Positions 8,901-19,490 of a stretch of 64,000 nucleotides of DNA are shown here, in pieces. The stretch comes from an uncultured Anaerolineales bacterium (GTDB lineage Bacteria > Chloroflexota > Anaerolineae > UBA1429). A program made the translations under genes and the position numbers. The stretch is from the NCBI GenBank assembly GCA_964567975.1, contig CAZMOW010000002.1:1519-65518 (forward strand). The letters are read 5' to 3'. Each line of letters starts with the position of its first letter. The stretch's first letter is position 1. The notes below the pieces were generated by a model that saw only the letters and a list, made by a program, of their open reading frames with translations, was not told where the DNA came from and did not search any database.

Positions 8901-9875
8901 ATGAGCGAGAAAGGTCGATTCATGGGGGACGATGAGGGAAATGGGGGGAATGGTGAGGGGGAGGGGACGTGGGACAAAGAGGGAACCGTTCCCAGGGATC
9001 GTCGCGCTTTCGAGAAGGGACTGGGAGAGATAGGCCGCTTACTTGACGGCAAAGAGTTCGCCTCTCAGGAGGAACTCGATGCGCTCTTGAACGAGTATCT
9101 GAGCGATGGAGAATTCCCCATGGATCTGCCGCCGCAGACGCCCTTGCAGAAGGCCCAGGAGGTCATGTACGAGGCCTGGGAGGCCAGGGGAAGGAGACGT
9201 GCGGCGCTGGCGCACCAGGCGCTGCGCATCAGCAAGGATTGTGCCGACGCCTACGTGCTGCTGGCGGAGGAGACCGCCGAGACCTGGGAGGAGGCCCGGG
9301 CCCTCTATGCAGAGGGGGTGGAGGCCGGCAAACGTGCCCTGGGCCCCGAGGCCTTTGAGGAGGATGTGGGCTACTTTTGGGGCATCCTCGAGACGCGGCC
9401 CTATATGCGGGCCCGAGCGGGGCTCGCCGAGTGCCTCTGGGAACTCGGCCAGTACGAGGAGGCCATCGCCCACTATAAGGATATGCTGCGCCTGAATCCG
9501 AGTGACAATCAGGGCCTTCGCTATCTCCTGGCCGACTGTCTGTTGTTAGACGGCGACGACGAGGCCCTGGGAGAACTCTTGGAAAAATACCCGGACGATG
9601 TGGCTGCCGATTGGTCCTATACGTGGGCGCTGTACACTTTTCGGCAGCAGGGACCAAGTCAGTTGGCCAACCAACGCCTCCAGCAGGCTTTGGCCGTCAA
9701 TCCTTTCGTTCCCAATTATATGCTGGGAAGGAAGCGATTTCCCGACGTCCTGCCAGATTATGTGGGGTTCGGCGACGAGAGTGAGGCTGTGGCTTACGTG
9801 TTCAGGGGCATGGAAAGCTGGCTCGAGACCGAGGGCGCTATTCCCTGGCTGGCGGAGCAGAGCGCAAAGGAATGA
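8901..9875 (+). CDS. TPR-repeat protein (ST7-like/unknown function)
   Basis: Predicted to be helical with TPR-like repeats (AxxYxxxG patterns). The N-terminus is acidic and Gly-rich. Confidence 0.6.
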   Translation: MSEKGRFMGDDEGNGGNGEGEGTWDKEGTVPRDRRAFEKGLGEIGRLLDGKEFASQEELDALLNEYLSDGEFPMDLPPQTPLQKAQEVMYEAWEARGRRRAALAHQALRISKDCADAYVLLAEETAETWEEARALYAEGVEAGKRALGPEAFEEDVGYFWGILETRPYMRARAGLAECLWELGQYEEAIAHYKDMLRLNPSDNQGLRYLLADCLLLDGDDEALGELLEKYPDDVAADWSYTWALYTFRQQGPSQLANQRLQQALAVNPFVPNYMLGRKRFPDVLPDYVGFGDESEAVAYVFRGMESWLETEGAIPWLAEQSAKE

Positions 9876-9905
9876 GCCTGTGCGTGTTCCATCGCGCACA
9901 GGCTC
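9875..9905. terminator. GC-rich 11-bp hairpin between convergent genes (the TPR gene and the sulfatase gene)
   Basis: gagcctgtgcg-N9-cgcacaggctc overlaps the TPR stop codon. No clear U-tract on either strand. Confidence 0.35.
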
Positions 9906-9950
9906 TCGGATGCCCGGCGTCGGTTGGGACCCAAAATCCCCGACCGGCGC

Positions 9951-11363
9951 CTAGCCCCTGTACCCTCTCCAGAACGTCTCGCCCATAACGTCTGCCTCAT
10001 CGTCCAGGGCATCGCGCCACTGCAACAGCGCCTGACGCAGGCGTTCCAGATGACCGGCATGGGCGGGGTCGTGAGCCAGGTTGTGCAGTTCCCACGGATC
10101 CTCCTGGATGTCGAACAGCTGGGTCGTGCGCTCGCCCTTTACCACGTATTCGATCAGTTTGTACCGCTCGTCGCGCACACAACGTTGATACTGCTTGTAG
10201 GCCAAGAACATGGTTTCTCGCATTCTGCTCCCCTGCCGCATGGTCGGTATCAGGCTCTGGCCCTCCACCGAATCGGGGATGGCCACATCGAGCAGGTCAC
10301 AGAGGGTGGGGTAGATGTCCAGCAGGTAGCAATGGGCATCGCTGTGCTTGCCTCTGGGAACGCCGGGGCCGCTCATGATCAGGGGCACCCGCACGCTGTG
10401 CTCGTAGAGGTTCTGCTTGCCCATCAGGCCGTGTTGGCCCAGTGCCAGGCCGTTGTCGCCGGCAAAGACGATGATAGTGTTTTCAGCGTGGCCGGCCTCC
10501 TCCAACGCCTTTATCACACGCCCCATCTCGGCGTCCAGGTGGCTGATCATGGCATAGTACTCGGCGATGTGCCGCCGGATCTCCTCCGGCGGCCGTGGTA
10601 AGGGGGCCAGCAGTTCATCCCGCACGCGCAGCTCCCCGTTATCAAAGAAATGGCGGGGCTTGAAATTCTCGGGCAGCTCGATCTCCTCGGCATCGTACAT
10701 CTCCAAGTACTTTTTTGGCATGGTCCGCGGGTCGTGGGGGGCCATGAAGGAGAGATACAGGAAAAAGGGCGCCTCCCCCTCATAGTTGCGCAGGAAATCG
10801 ATGCTTGCGTCACAGAACAGTTCGCTGGAGTGCTTGCCCGGTGTGATGTGATCGCACTGCCGCTGTACCGTCTCATTGGAGTAAAAGGGATTCCTGACGG
10901 CGGGATTGTAGACGTCGTATTCGCCGCTGGGATCGAAATCGCAGGCCGGCACGTTCCAGTGGTCGTTCATGCCCCCGAAAAAGATCTCTGCCCCGTCGGT
11001 GAAACTGCGGGCATAGGAATCCGAGCCGTTGTGCCACTTGCCCGTACCAAAGGTCTCATAGCCCTCTTTCCGCAATAGTTCGCCCAGCATCACGTGTTCC
11101 TGGGGGATGCTCTGGCCCTGCCGGTAGAGGTGGAACAGGGTGCGCCCCGTCATCAACATGGCCCGGCTGGGCATGCACACCGCGCCGGACGTGCTGCCCA
11201 TAATATGGGCGTGGGTAAAGGTCGTGCCCTCGCCCACCAGGGCGTCCATGTTGGGGGTATGTACCTGCTCGTGCCCCAGGGCGTGGATGGTGTCAAAGCG
11301 CTGGTCGTCGGTGAAAAAGAAGAGGATGTTGGGACGACCATCTCTCTCGTCTGCTTCGCTCAT
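9951..11363 (-). CDS. Sulfatase (arylsulfatase family, formylglycine type)
   Basis: Contains the CMPSRA (C-x-P-S-R) FGly motif and GTGKWH. The start MSEADERDGRPNILFFFTDD is preceded by a GAGGAGG RBS. Confidence 0.85.
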   Translation of the reverse strand: MSEADERDGRPNILFFFTDDQRFDTIHALGHEQVHTPNMDALVGEGTTFTHAHIMGSTSGAVCMPSRAMLMTGRTLFHLYRQGQSIPQEHVMLGELLRKEGYETFGTGKWHNGSDSYARSFTDGAEIFFGGMNDHWNVPACDFDPSGEYDVYNPAVRNPFYSNETVQRQCDHITPGKHSSELFCDASIDFLRNYEGEAPFFLYLSFMAPHDPRTMPKKYLEMYDAEEIELPENFKPRHFFDNGELRVRDELLAPLPRPPEEIRRHIAEYYAMISHLDAEMGRVIKALEEAGHAENTIIVFAGDNGLALGQHGLMGKQNLYEHSVRVPLIMSGPGVPRGKHSDAHCYLLDIYPTLCDLLDVAIPDSVEGQSLIPTMRQGSRMRETMFLAYKQYQRCVRDERYKLIEYVVKGERTTQLFDIQEDPWELHNLAHDPAHAGHLERLRQALLQWRDALDDEADVMGETFWRGYRG

Positions 11364-11406
11364 CTGTGCCTCCTCGCGTCTCATCTGCCACTCTCTATAC
11401 TCTCGT

Positions 11407-12417
11407 CTATGCCGTCCAGTCGAACAGGACCCCCATATACTCGCCCTTGTTGTTCCGCAGACCCTCGTAGGCCCTGGCACATTCGGTGGATGGGAGCACG
11501 TGGCTGATCAGTTCCTCCACGTGCAGCCTATCCTCGGCGATCAGCCCCATCAGGGTCTCCACGTTGCGCTCGATGGAATGCTTGACGCGCCCGCCCTCGT
11601 CGCGCTCGGTGGGGTAGCGCCACTCGTGAGCTCCCTTGTAGGTGATGCAGCCGTTGCCCCAGAGATGTATGCGGTTCAGGAGGGGCGTGATGTCCTCCAC
11701 CCGTTCGCCCCGAGGGGATCCCAGGAGGACGACCTCGCCCAGGGGGCCGGCCAGTTCGCCCGCCCTGGCACCCACAGCAGGTGCCCCGATGGCCTCCACC
11801 ACGGTCTGGCACATGTGCCCGTCGGTCACCTCTTGCACAAACGCCTTCCTATCCTCTTCGGCGGGGTTCAACACGTATTTCACGCCGCAGGCCTTGGCGA
11901 TGCGGCACCTTTCGGGGATCAGGTCGATGCCGATGACCTGGCAGCCGGCCAACGTAAAGAGCTGGGCACAGAGGTTGCCCACCAGCCCCAGGCCGATCAC
12001 GGCCACGTGGTCCCCCAGTTCCGCCTCGCTGACCCGCAGGGCGGTGATGGAGACGGCGGCCATGCGCGCAAAGCAGGCCTTGACGGTATTCACTCCCGGG
12101 GGCACGGGGGAGACGAGCACGGAGGAGGTGACCACGCTGGCATGCTTGGTATAGGAAAAGACCCTGTCCCCCACCTCCACGCCCTCCACATCGTCTCCCA
12201 CAGCGATGACCTCCCCACAGCCGCCATAGCCGGGCACAAAGGGCGGCGGGGCCCAGCTCTCCCTGCCGCTGAGACAGGCCAGCTCTGTGCCCGGGCTGAT
12301 GATGCTGTGTCGCGTCTCCATGGCCACCTGATCGGGCGGCAGGTCATCCAGATCAAAACTGAAGGATTGTAGCTCCACTTTATCAGGTTCCGTGAAAATC
12401 ACGTGCTGTGCTTCCAT
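11407..12417 (-). CDS. Zinc-binding alcohol dehydrogenase / MDR family oxidoreductase
   Basis: GroES-like N-terminal domain plus a Rossmann fold with GLGLVG. Co-directional with and immediately upstream of the sulfatase gene. Confidence 0.8.
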   Translation of the reverse strand: MEAQHVIFTEPDKVELQSFSFDLDDLPPDQVAMETRHSIISPGTELACLSGRESWAPPPFVPGYGGCGEVIAVGDDVEGVEVGDRVFSYTKHASVVTSSVLVSPVPPGVNTVKACFARMAAVSITALRVSEAELGDHVAVIGLGLVGNLCAQLFTLAGCQVIGIDLIPERCRIAKACGVKYVLNPAEEDRKAFVQEVTDGHMCQTVVEAIGAPAVGARAGELAGPLGEVVLLGSPRGERVEDITPLLNRIHLWGNGCITYKGAHEWRYPTERDEGGRVKHSIERNVETLMGLIAEDRLHVEELISHVLPSTECARAYEGLRNNKGEYMGVLFDWTA

Positions 12418-12661
12418 AGTATCCTCCTCTACAACGATGCACTCCCATCATAAGCGGTGACGGAATGCAGAATACTGGCGTGCTCGTTCGCTAGCCATTC
12501 TATATGAGGGGGAGACGCCTGTCCACCGAAGGGGAGAACCAGCGTCTTGCGGCTATGAAGGACCCATTTCTAACACGGATCGCTTTCAGGTATACTGTTT
12601 TAGACAGTTTGCAGATTCATGTTGTCCTGTATCATTTTTCCTCTCCTTGGGAGGTGCTTCT

Positions 12662-14722
12662 ATGCCCCGCGATATCCCAGTGGGTAACGGCTCCTTGTTG
12701 GTCAACTTTGACCACCTGTATCATCTGCGCGATCTCTATTGGCCCTATGTGGGGCAGGAGAATCACACCGAGGGACATCCCTCCCGCTTTGGCGTGTGGG
12801 TGGACGGCACCTTTCACTGGGTACATGAGGCCGGTTGGGAACGTCAACTGGACTATGCCGGCAACACCCTTGTCACGCAGGTCATACTGTACCACCCGGG
12901 CTTGCGACTGCGTCTCGTTTGCCAAGATGCCGTTGATTTCCATGAGGATCTTTACCTTCGACGAATCGTGGTACACAATGAAGTGGGCAGGGAACAGGAG
13001 GTGCGTCTTTTTTTCACCCAGGATTTCCACATCAGCGGACGCGAGATAGGGGATACGGCCTATTATGAGTCAGAGCGTGAGGCCGTCTTCCATTACAAGG
13101 GCAAGCGCTGGTTCATGGTCAACATGGCCAAGCGGGCTCCCACCGAGGGCGAGTGGGCACTGGGCATAGATCAGTGGGCGGTGGGCATCAAGGAGACACA
13201 GGGCAAAGAGGGGGCCTGGCGCGACGCGGAAGACGGGGAACTCTCGGGCAACGCCGTGGCTCAGGGTAGTGTGGACTCTGCTGTCGCGCTGCATCTGACT
13301 GTTCCTGCGTACGGGCAGGCCACAGGTTGGTATTGGATCGCCGTGGGGAATGAGTTCGAGACCGTGACGGCCATGAACCGCCAGGTACGCCAAAAGGGCC
13401 CTTCGACTTTTCTCACGCGCACGGCGGACTATTGGAGGTTGTGGGTCAATAAAGAACACTATGACTTGTCCCCGTTGCCTTCATCCATTATTCGCCTGTA
13501 CAAGCGAAGCCTCGTTATCCTGCGCACGCAGATAGACAACCACGGGGCCATCGTGGCCGCCAATGACTATGACATCGCCTATTACGGACGCGATACGTAT
13601 GCTTACATGTGGCCTCGCGACGGCGCCTTGGTGGCTGCTGCCTTGATCGGTGCTGGTTATTCCGAGGTCACGCGCCGTTTCTTTGACTTTTGCCATGAAC
13701 GCATAACGGAGGAGGGATATCTCCTTCACAAGTACAACCCCGATGGCTCTCTGGCCTCCTCCTGGCATGGCTGGTACTATGAGGGGCGCAAGCGATTGCC
13801 CATACAAGAGGACGAGACGGCCCTGGTGCTCTGGGCCCTGTGGCGCCATTTCAAACGCTTCCGGGATATCGAGTTCGTCAACCCTCATTACCGGGGTCTG
13901 GTCGTTCGCGCGGCCAACTGGATGGTAAGCTATCGGGACGAGGAGACGGGGCTGCCCCTTCCCTCCTGGGATCTGTGGGAGGAGCGGCGGGGCGTCCATG
14001 CCTGGACTGTGGGCGCCGTGTGGGGTGGGCTCCAGGCCGCTGCCAACTTTTGCCAGGCCTTTGGAGAATTGGATCTGGCGGATCGTTACCGGCATACAGC
14101 CGACGAGATCAGGTCGGCGGCCAGGGAGCATCTCTGGTCGGAGGAGATGGGATGCTTTGCGCGAACCATCGAGAGGAAAGAGGGCGACGAGGTGTGGCAA
14201 GCGGACGAAAATATGGATGCCTCTCTCATAGGATTGTGGTCCTTTGGCATGTTCCCGGCGCATGATCCCTGTATCGTAGCCACCATGGAGGCCATGCGCG
14301 ATCGGCTGTGGGTCAAGACAAGGGTGGGCGGTATGGCGCGTTATGAGAACGACACTTATCATCAGCGCAGCAAGGACGTGGAGAACGTCCCTGGCAACCC
14401 CTGGTTCATCTGCACCCTGTGGCTGGCCCGCTGGTACATCGCCTCGGCTGAGGAAAGCGACGATCTGGATCGGCCGCTGACACTCTTGCAATGGGCGGTG
14501 GATCATGCCCTCGCCAGTGGCGTGATGGCCGAGCAGGTACATCCCTACACCAATGTGCCTCTGTCCGTCAGTCCTCTGACCTGGAGCCACGCCACCCTGG
14601 TGATGACGGTGCTGGAGTACCTCGAGAAACACGCAGCCGTGAATGGTTACGAGAGGAAGCGTGGGGGCCTCTTGGAGGTTATCTCGTCTGCGGAAACGGG
14701 CGTCCCAAAAGAGGGAGACTGA
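12662..14722 (+). CDS. Glycoside hydrolase family 15 (glucoamylase/glucodextranase-like)
   Basis: Beta-sandwich N-domain followed by an (alpha/alpha)6 barrel. Contains the GH15-type YMWPRDGA and WEER catalytic region. GGAGG RBS precedes the ATG at 12662. Confidence 0.8.
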   Translation: MPRDIPVGNGSLLVNFDHLYHLRDLYWPYVGQENHTEGHPSRFGVWVDGTFHWVHEAGWERQLDYAGNTLVTQVILYHPGLRLRLVCQDAVDFHEDLYLRRIVVHNEVGREQEVRLFFTQDFHISGREIGDTAYYESEREAVFHYKGKRWFMVNMAKRAPTEGEWALGIDQWAVGIKETQGKEGAWRDAEDGELSGNAVAQGSVDSAVALHLTVPAYGQATGWYWIAVGNEFETVTAMNRQVRQKGPSTFLTRTADYWRLWVNKEHYDLSPLPSSIIRLYKRSLVILRTQIDNHGAIVAANDYDIAYYGRDTYAYMWPRDGALVAAALIGAGYSEVTRRFFDFCHERITEEGYLLHKYNPDGSLASSWHGWYYEGRKRLPIQEDETALVLWALWRHFKRFRDIEFVNPHYRGLVVRAANWMVSYRDEETGLPLPSWDLWEERRGVHAWTVGAVWGGLQAAANFCQAFGELDLADRYRHTADEIRSAAREHLWSEEMGCFARTIERKEGDEVWQADENMDASLIGLWSFGMFPAHDPCIVATMEAMRDRLWVKTRVGGMARYENDTYHQRSKDVENVPGNPWFICTLWLARWYIASAEESDDLDRPLTLLQWAVDHALASGVMAEQVHPYTNVPLSVSPLTWSHATLVMTVLEYLEKHAAVNGYERKRGGLLEVISSAETGVPKEGD

Positions 14723-14772
14723 GAGTCTGTCCGGGCGACCATGAGGTACGAGCGTGATCTAGGAGGTGTGGT

Positions 14773-15495
14773 GTGACCTTTCGAACACAGGACGGGATTT
14801 GCGTCCCGACGGTGACCGCCGATCAGATGCGAGAGGTGGATCGTCTGGCGGTGGAGGTCTTTGGCCTGCAAATCCTGCAGATGATGGAGAACGCCGGGCG
14901 CAATCTGGCGCAGAATATCTGGGAGATGCTCGACGGGGAAAGAGGGCCGATCACCGTCTTGGCTGGTTCCGGAGGCAATGGTGGCGGGGGCCTCTGCTGC
15001 GCGCGCCATCTGCACAATCGAGGATTCCCAGTCCAGGTGATCCTCGACAGGGAGGGAGAAGCCCTGGAGGGAGCGCCCCGACGTCAGCTGGAGACCCTGC
15101 AAGCCGCTGGCCTGCAACCCCTCGATCCCGCTCAGGCAGAGGAGGCCATTCGCTCTTCCGCCCTCATCGTCGACGCCCTGATCGGCTATGGGCTGCACGA
15201 TGCGCCCCGGGGGGGCGCGGCCAGGCTCATCGATCTGTGCAATATCCATGGGGACCGCGTGCTTTCCCTGGATGTCCCATCTGGCCTGAATGCCACGACG
15301 GGAGAGGCGCCGGGCACTGTAATCCATCCCCAGCGCACCCTGACCCTGGCGCTGCCCAAGACGGGGCTGGAGCGAGTATCCGGCGCCCTCTATCTCGGGG
15401 ATATAGGTGTACCGCCTGTATTGTATAAGCGATTGGGTCTCCTTGCCGTGGCTCCCTTTGGCCACGCATACTGCGTGCCCCTGATGATGGTGTGA
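14773..15495 (+). CDS. nnrE: NAD(P)H-hydrate epimerase (YjeF N-terminal domain)
   Basis: Contains VLAGSGGNGGGGL and DALIGYG motifs. GTG start with an AGGAGGTG RBS. Confidence 0.75.
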   Translation: MTFRTQDGICVPTVTADQMREVDRLAVEVFGLQILQMMENAGRNLAQNIWEMLDGERGPITVLAGSGGNGGGGLCCARHLHNRGFPVQVILDREGEALEGAPRRQLETLQAAGLQPLDPAQAEEAIRSSALIVDALIGYGLHDAPRGGAARLIDLCNIHGDRVLSLDVPSGLNATTGEAPGTVIHPQRTLTLALPKTGLERVSGALYLGDIGVPPVLYKRLGLLAVAPFGHAYCVPLMMV

Positions 15496-15605
15496 CCCTT
15501 TCCGCCCCGGACGGGTCTGGAAGTAGCGCTTATGGTAGCCATCGTTTTGGATGCCATTCCTTTCATACTATAATCTCTATCAATCGAGGCGCCCTGGAGC
15601 TAACC

Positions 15606-16625
15606 ATGAACCTGGAGATGCTGCTCCCCGACGTGAAGGACTATTTGCGTCAGGCCGATCTGCACCACGTTCCTGGCTGGAATACCGATATGCCGCTTTG
15701 TGTCGAACCCCTGGCCCAGGGCGAGTATAATATGAACTATCGCGTGTCGCGCGGCAGCGAGTGGGTCTTTCGTGTAAATATCGGCACACAGATCGACCGC
15801 GATGATCAGATCCTCTACGAATATCGCGCTCTCAAGCTGTTGGAGCCCACGGGCGTCACACCCAGCCCCTTCTACGTGGATGACAGCGAGGAGTTGATTC
15901 CCCACGGTGTGCTGCTCATGGAGTACCTTCCCGGTGAGCCTCTGGACTATCGGCGAGATCTGCAGGCCGCGGCGCGCCTCTTTGCCCGCATTCACAGCCA
16001 GCCTCTAGCACAGGAGGAGAATCATCTCATCCGTGAGGAGCGTCCCCTGACCATGACCTATCGAGAGTGCAAACGCCTCCTCTCCGTGTATCTGGAGTCG
16101 GATCTGGCGGATTCGCCCCTGCGCGACTATCTCGCGCACGTGCTCGACTGGGCAGCAGGGGCACGCCACGAGGAGCATTATTTCCTCTCCCGTCCCTGCC
16201 CCTGTATCATCAATACCGAGGTCAATTCGGGCAACTTTGTCGTGCAGCGCGACAGGGGCACGATCCATCTGGTGGACTGGGAAAAGCCCTTGTGGGGCGA
16301 TCCCTCGCAGGATCTCTCCCATTTCTGCGTGCCCACCACGACGTTGTGGAAGACCGACTACCGTATGTCCCGGGAGGATAAGGTAACCTTTCTCGAGGCC
16401 TACAAGGCTGCGGTGTCCGATTCCGAACTGCGGGATACCATCGAGACGCGCGTTCGATTGCGCGATCCTTTTAACTGCCTGCGGGGCATCTCTTGGTCGG
16501 CCATGGCCTGGGTGCAGTACCACACGGGGCGGCATGCCCTGCAGAACGAGGATACCTTTCGCAAGATAGACGCCTACCTGGATATCGATTTTGTGCACAG
16601 TCTGTTCGATTCTTATATGGGATAG
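15606..16625 (+). CDS. Phosphotransferase enzyme family protein (APH/choline-kinase-like kinase fold)
   Basis: Brenner-type region HLVDWEKP with the catalytic D. N-lobe LMEYLPG. Confidence 0.7.
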   Translation: MNLEMLLPDVKDYLRQADLHHVPGWNTDMPLCVEPLAQGEYNMNYRVSRGSEWVFRVNIGTQIDRDDQILYEYRALKLLEPTGVTPSPFYVDDSEELIPHGVLLMEYLPGEPLDYRRDLQAAARLFARIHSQPLAQEENHLIREERPLTMTYRECKRLLSVYLESDLADSPLRDYLAHVLDWAAGARHEEHYFLSRPCPCIINTEVNSGNFVVQRDRGTIHLVDWEKPLWGDPSQDLSHFCVPTTTLWKTDYRMSREDKVTFLEAYKAAVSDSELRDTIETRVRLRDPFNCLRGISWSAMAWVQYHTGRHALQNEDTFRKIDAYLDIDFVHSLFDSYMG

Positions 16626-16630
16626 AGGTG

Positions 16631-17326
16631 ATGTTGGCTTCCGTGATCATCCCCGCCCTGAACGAGGCGGAGAACATTCGAGACAGCGTGGAGGCTGCCC
16701 GACGGGATTACGATGCCGATGAGGTGGAGATTATTGTCGTGGACGGCGGCAGCACCGACGGTACGGCGGACTTGGTGCCCGACGGTGTCACGTTGCTGCG
16801 CGCGCCGAGGGGGCGAGCCGTGCAGATGAATCGGGGGGCGGAGGCCAGCTGCGGGGATATTCTCGTCTTCTGCCACGGTGACTCCCAGTTGCCCGCCGGA
16901 TGGCGGGAGGCCGTGATGGCGCGGCTTGAGCGCCCCGGGGTGAGCGGCGGCGCGTTTCAGTCTCTTTTGCTCCCCGAACGAGGGCTCGCTTTATGGGTGC
17001 ACAACAAGCTGCGTTACCCTTCCTTCTGGTTCACCATGTTCGGCGATCAGGCCCAGTTCATGAGCCGTGCCACGTATCGGAAGGTGGGAGGATTTCCCGA
17101 GATTCCTCTAATGGAAGACATGGAGATGTCCCGCGCGCTACATCGGGAGGGCGAGCTGGTGCGCGTGCCGCTGCGCGCGGTGACCTCCAGCCGGCGTCTC
17201 CTGGAGCGCGGGTATTTTCGGCAGATGCTGCAGAATATGTGGTCTGCCTTTCGTTATCTGCTTCTGGGAGCCACGCCCGAGGATATCGCGCGCGCCTACA
17301 GATCGAGTCGCGAAGAGGAGATGTGA
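16631..17326 (+). CDS. GT2 glycosyltransferase (TIGR04283-like; rSAM/selenodomain-associated transferase 2 family), copy 1
   Basis: N-terminus SVIIPALNEAENI...VDGGSTDGT is typical of GT-A/GT2. Full length 231 aa. Confidence 0.8.
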   Translation: MLASVIIPALNEAENIRDSVEAARRDYDADEVEIIVVDGGSTDGTADLVPDGVTLLRAPRGRAVQMNRGAEASCGDILVFCHGDSQLPAGWREAVMARLERPGVSGGAFQSLLLPERGLALWVHNKLRYPSFWFTMFGDQAQFMSRATYRKVGGFPEIPLMEDMEMSRALHREGELVRVPLRAVTSSRRLLERGYFRQMLQNMWSAFRYLLLGATPEDIARAYRSSREEEM

Positions 17327-17423
17327 GATATCATATCATAGCTTCGTGCCGAGAGGGGCCTATGATCTGCTCTCCGATGCAGACTCTGTCCAGTCTGTTT
17401 GACGTATATGTGGGACACGCTCG

Positions 17424-18119
17424 ATGCTAGTTTCCGTGATCATCCCCGCCCTGAACGAGGCGGAGAACATTCGAGACTGTGTGGAGGCCGCCCGACGAGA
17501 TTATGATCGAGATGAGGTGGAGATCATTGTCGTGGATGGGGGCAGCAGCGACGGTACACGTGAACTGGTGCCCGACGATGTCATGCTGCTTTGCGCGCCG
17601 AGGGGACGCGCCGTGCAGATGAATCAGGGGGGCGTGGCCAGCCATGGGGATATCCTCGTCTTTTGCCACGGCGACTCCCAGTTGCCCGTTGGATGGCGGG
17701 AGGCGGTGATAGAGTACCTTGGCAAACCCGGCGTCAGCGGCGGTGCGTTTCAGACCCTCATGCTTCCCGAGCGGGGGCTCGCCCTTTGGGTGCGCAACAG
17801 GCTCCGTCATTCTACCGCCTGGTTCACCATGTTCGGCGATCAGGCTCAATTTATGACGCGCGCCGTGTATGAGAGAGTAGGGGGCTTTCCCGAGATTCCC
17901 TTGATGGAGGACGTGGAGATGTCCCGCGGCCTGCACCGGGAAGGAGATCTGGTACGCGTGCCGCTGCGTGTGGTGACCTCCAGTCGGCGCTTTCTGGAGC
18001 GAGGGTACATTCGTCAGTCACTGCTGAATATCCGCTCCATGGTGCGCTATCTGTTTCTGGGAGCCACGCCCGAGGAAATCGCCCATGCGTACACATCGAG
18101 TCGCGAGGAGGCAACGTGA
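17424..18119 (+). CDS. GT2 glycosyltransferase, tandem paralog (copy 2), about 80% aa identity to copy 1
   Basis: Collinear with copy 1. A 46-nt 5' coding stretch is identical between the copies. Confidence 0.8.
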   Translation: MLVSVIIPALNEAENIRDCVEAARRDYDRDEVEIIVVDGGSSDGTRELVPDDVMLLCAPRGRAVQMNQGGVASHGDILVFCHGDSQLPVGWREAVIEYLGKPGVSGGAFQTLMLPERGLALWVRNRLRHSTAWFTMFGDQAQFMTRAVYERVGGFPEIPLMEDVEMSRGLHREGDLVRVPLRVVTSSRRFLERGYIRQSLLNIRSMVRYLFLGATPEEIAHAYTSSREEAT

Positions 18120-18748
18120 GACGCCACCTCATCATCTATGCCAAGCGTCCATTGCCGGGCCACGCCAAGACGCGCCTGGCGGCTTCCATCGGCGACGAGG
18201 CTGCTGCCGGGGTCTATATGCGGCTCCTCTGTGAGTATCTGCTGGCTCTGACGTCCGCCGATTTCGAGCACATATCCATCGAACTGTCCGTGGCGGAGGC
18301 AGATGACGTTCCTTTTTTCACTGGGGCGTTCCCGGAACTGGCCGTGCGACCCCAGGTAGAGGGTGACCTGGGAACCAGGATGGAAACCTCCTTTCGGCAA
18401 GCCTTTGAGAGCGGGGCCGAGACCGCCGTGTTGACGGGCACGGATATTCCTGGACTGAACAGGCGTACGGTGGAGGAGGCCTTTTGCAAATTGGAGGAGG
18501 TGCCCGTTGTCATCGGCCCGGCAGAGGATGGCGGCTACTATCTCATAGGCATGCGCGCGCCCGGCGCACCACTCTTCTATGGCGTGGCTTGGAGCAGCGA
18601 GCGCGTGTTGGCGCAGACGGAAGCCCTGGCCAGCAATTGCGGACTGGAGATCGGCTACCTGCCACGGCGATGGGATGTGGACACGGAAGCTGATTTCGAG
18701 CGTTGGCAGAAAGAACTATGCGGAGACCAGATACTTTCCGGGGTGTAG
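18116..18748 (+). CDS. DUF2064 / TIGR04282-like nucleotidyltransferase-fold protein (rSAM/selenodomain-associated transferase 1 family)
   Basis: N-terminus HLIIYAKRPLPGHAKTRLA. Also contains TGTDIPGL and EDGGYYLIG. Its start overlaps the stop of GT2 copy 2. Confidence 0.7.
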   Translation: MRRHLIIYAKRPLPGHAKTRLAASIGDEAAAGVYMRLLCEYLLALTSADFEHISIELSVAEADDVPFFTGAFPELAVRPQVEGDLGTRMETSFRQAFESGAETAVLTGTDIPGLNRRTVEEAFCKLEEVPVVIGPAEDGGYYLIGMRAPGAPLFYGVAWSSERVLAQTEALASNCGLEIGYLPRRWDVDTEADFERWQKELCGDQILSGV

Positions 18749-18761
18749 AGGGCGTGCAACG

Positions 18762-19445
18762 GTGAGCGAGAAGAAAAGGCATCTCGGAGTGAACATCGCT
18801 CTGCTCTCCCTTGTTCTGGGGATTCTTTCCGTGGCGGCCTGGGATTATTTTTCGCAATGTAATGACTCTGGTTGTCCCGGTATCAGCGGATACGTGGAGG
18901 GATTCGGCGCTTGGGCTCCCGTGGCCTATGGTGTGCTCTATGTCATCAGCTCACCCGTGCCTTTTCTCGCTCCCACTCTATCCATGGCCGCGGGGGCCCT
19001 GTTTGGGATCTTGTGGGGCACTATATACACGCTTATCGTGGCTCCACTATCTGCTTTGGTCCCCTTTGCTTTGGCGCGCCGCCTGGGGCGCGAGTGGGTG
19101 CAAGTACAGTTAAAAGGGAAAAAGCTGGGCGAGATCTATGAGGAATCTGAGGGCGACAAGGGCTTTTTGTTTATTCTGCTGATGAGGCTCATTCCCATTC
19201 TCCCCTGGGAGATACAAAACTATATCGGGGGCCTGACCAAAGTCTCCATTCCGACGTTCCTTGGCGCCACCCTGATAGGCATCATCCCTGGGAGTTTTCA
19301 ATTGGTCTTTCTGGGAGCGGCGGTGGCGGAATTGGACCCCTATTCTTGGCGCTTGTACGCGGCCATCGCGCTGGATACCCTGGCTTTTATCGTGCCCATT
19401 GTGGTCGTCTACATTCGTCGTCGAAAGAAAAAGAAAGCAGAATGA
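18762..19445 (+). CDS. TVP38/TMEM64 (DedA/SNARE-associated) family membrane protein
   Basis: Multi-TM protein with LIPILPWEIQNYIGG. A GTG start at 18762 was chosen because it follows the upstream stop. Confidence 0.6.
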   Translation: MSEKKRHLGVNIALLSLVLGILSVAAWDYFSQCNDSGCPGISGYVEGFGAWAPVAYGVLYVISSPVPFLAPTLSMAAGALFGILWGTIYTLIVAPLSALVPFALARRLGREWVQVQLKGKKLGEIYEESEGDKGFLFILLMRLIPILPWEIQNYIGGLTKVSIPTFLGATLIGIIPGSFQLVFLGAAVAELDPYSWRLYAAIALDTLAFIVPIVVVYIRRRKKKKAE

Positions 19446-19490
19446 GTTTTTCGTAACTAAAGGGATGTCGTTATCAGGGAGGAACTAAGC

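Noticed and set aside
12418-12661. Partial palindrome ctgttttagacag in the ADH/GH15 divergent region
   Set aside because: Only 4-bp perfect arms (ctgt/acag). Too weak to call an operator without comparative data.
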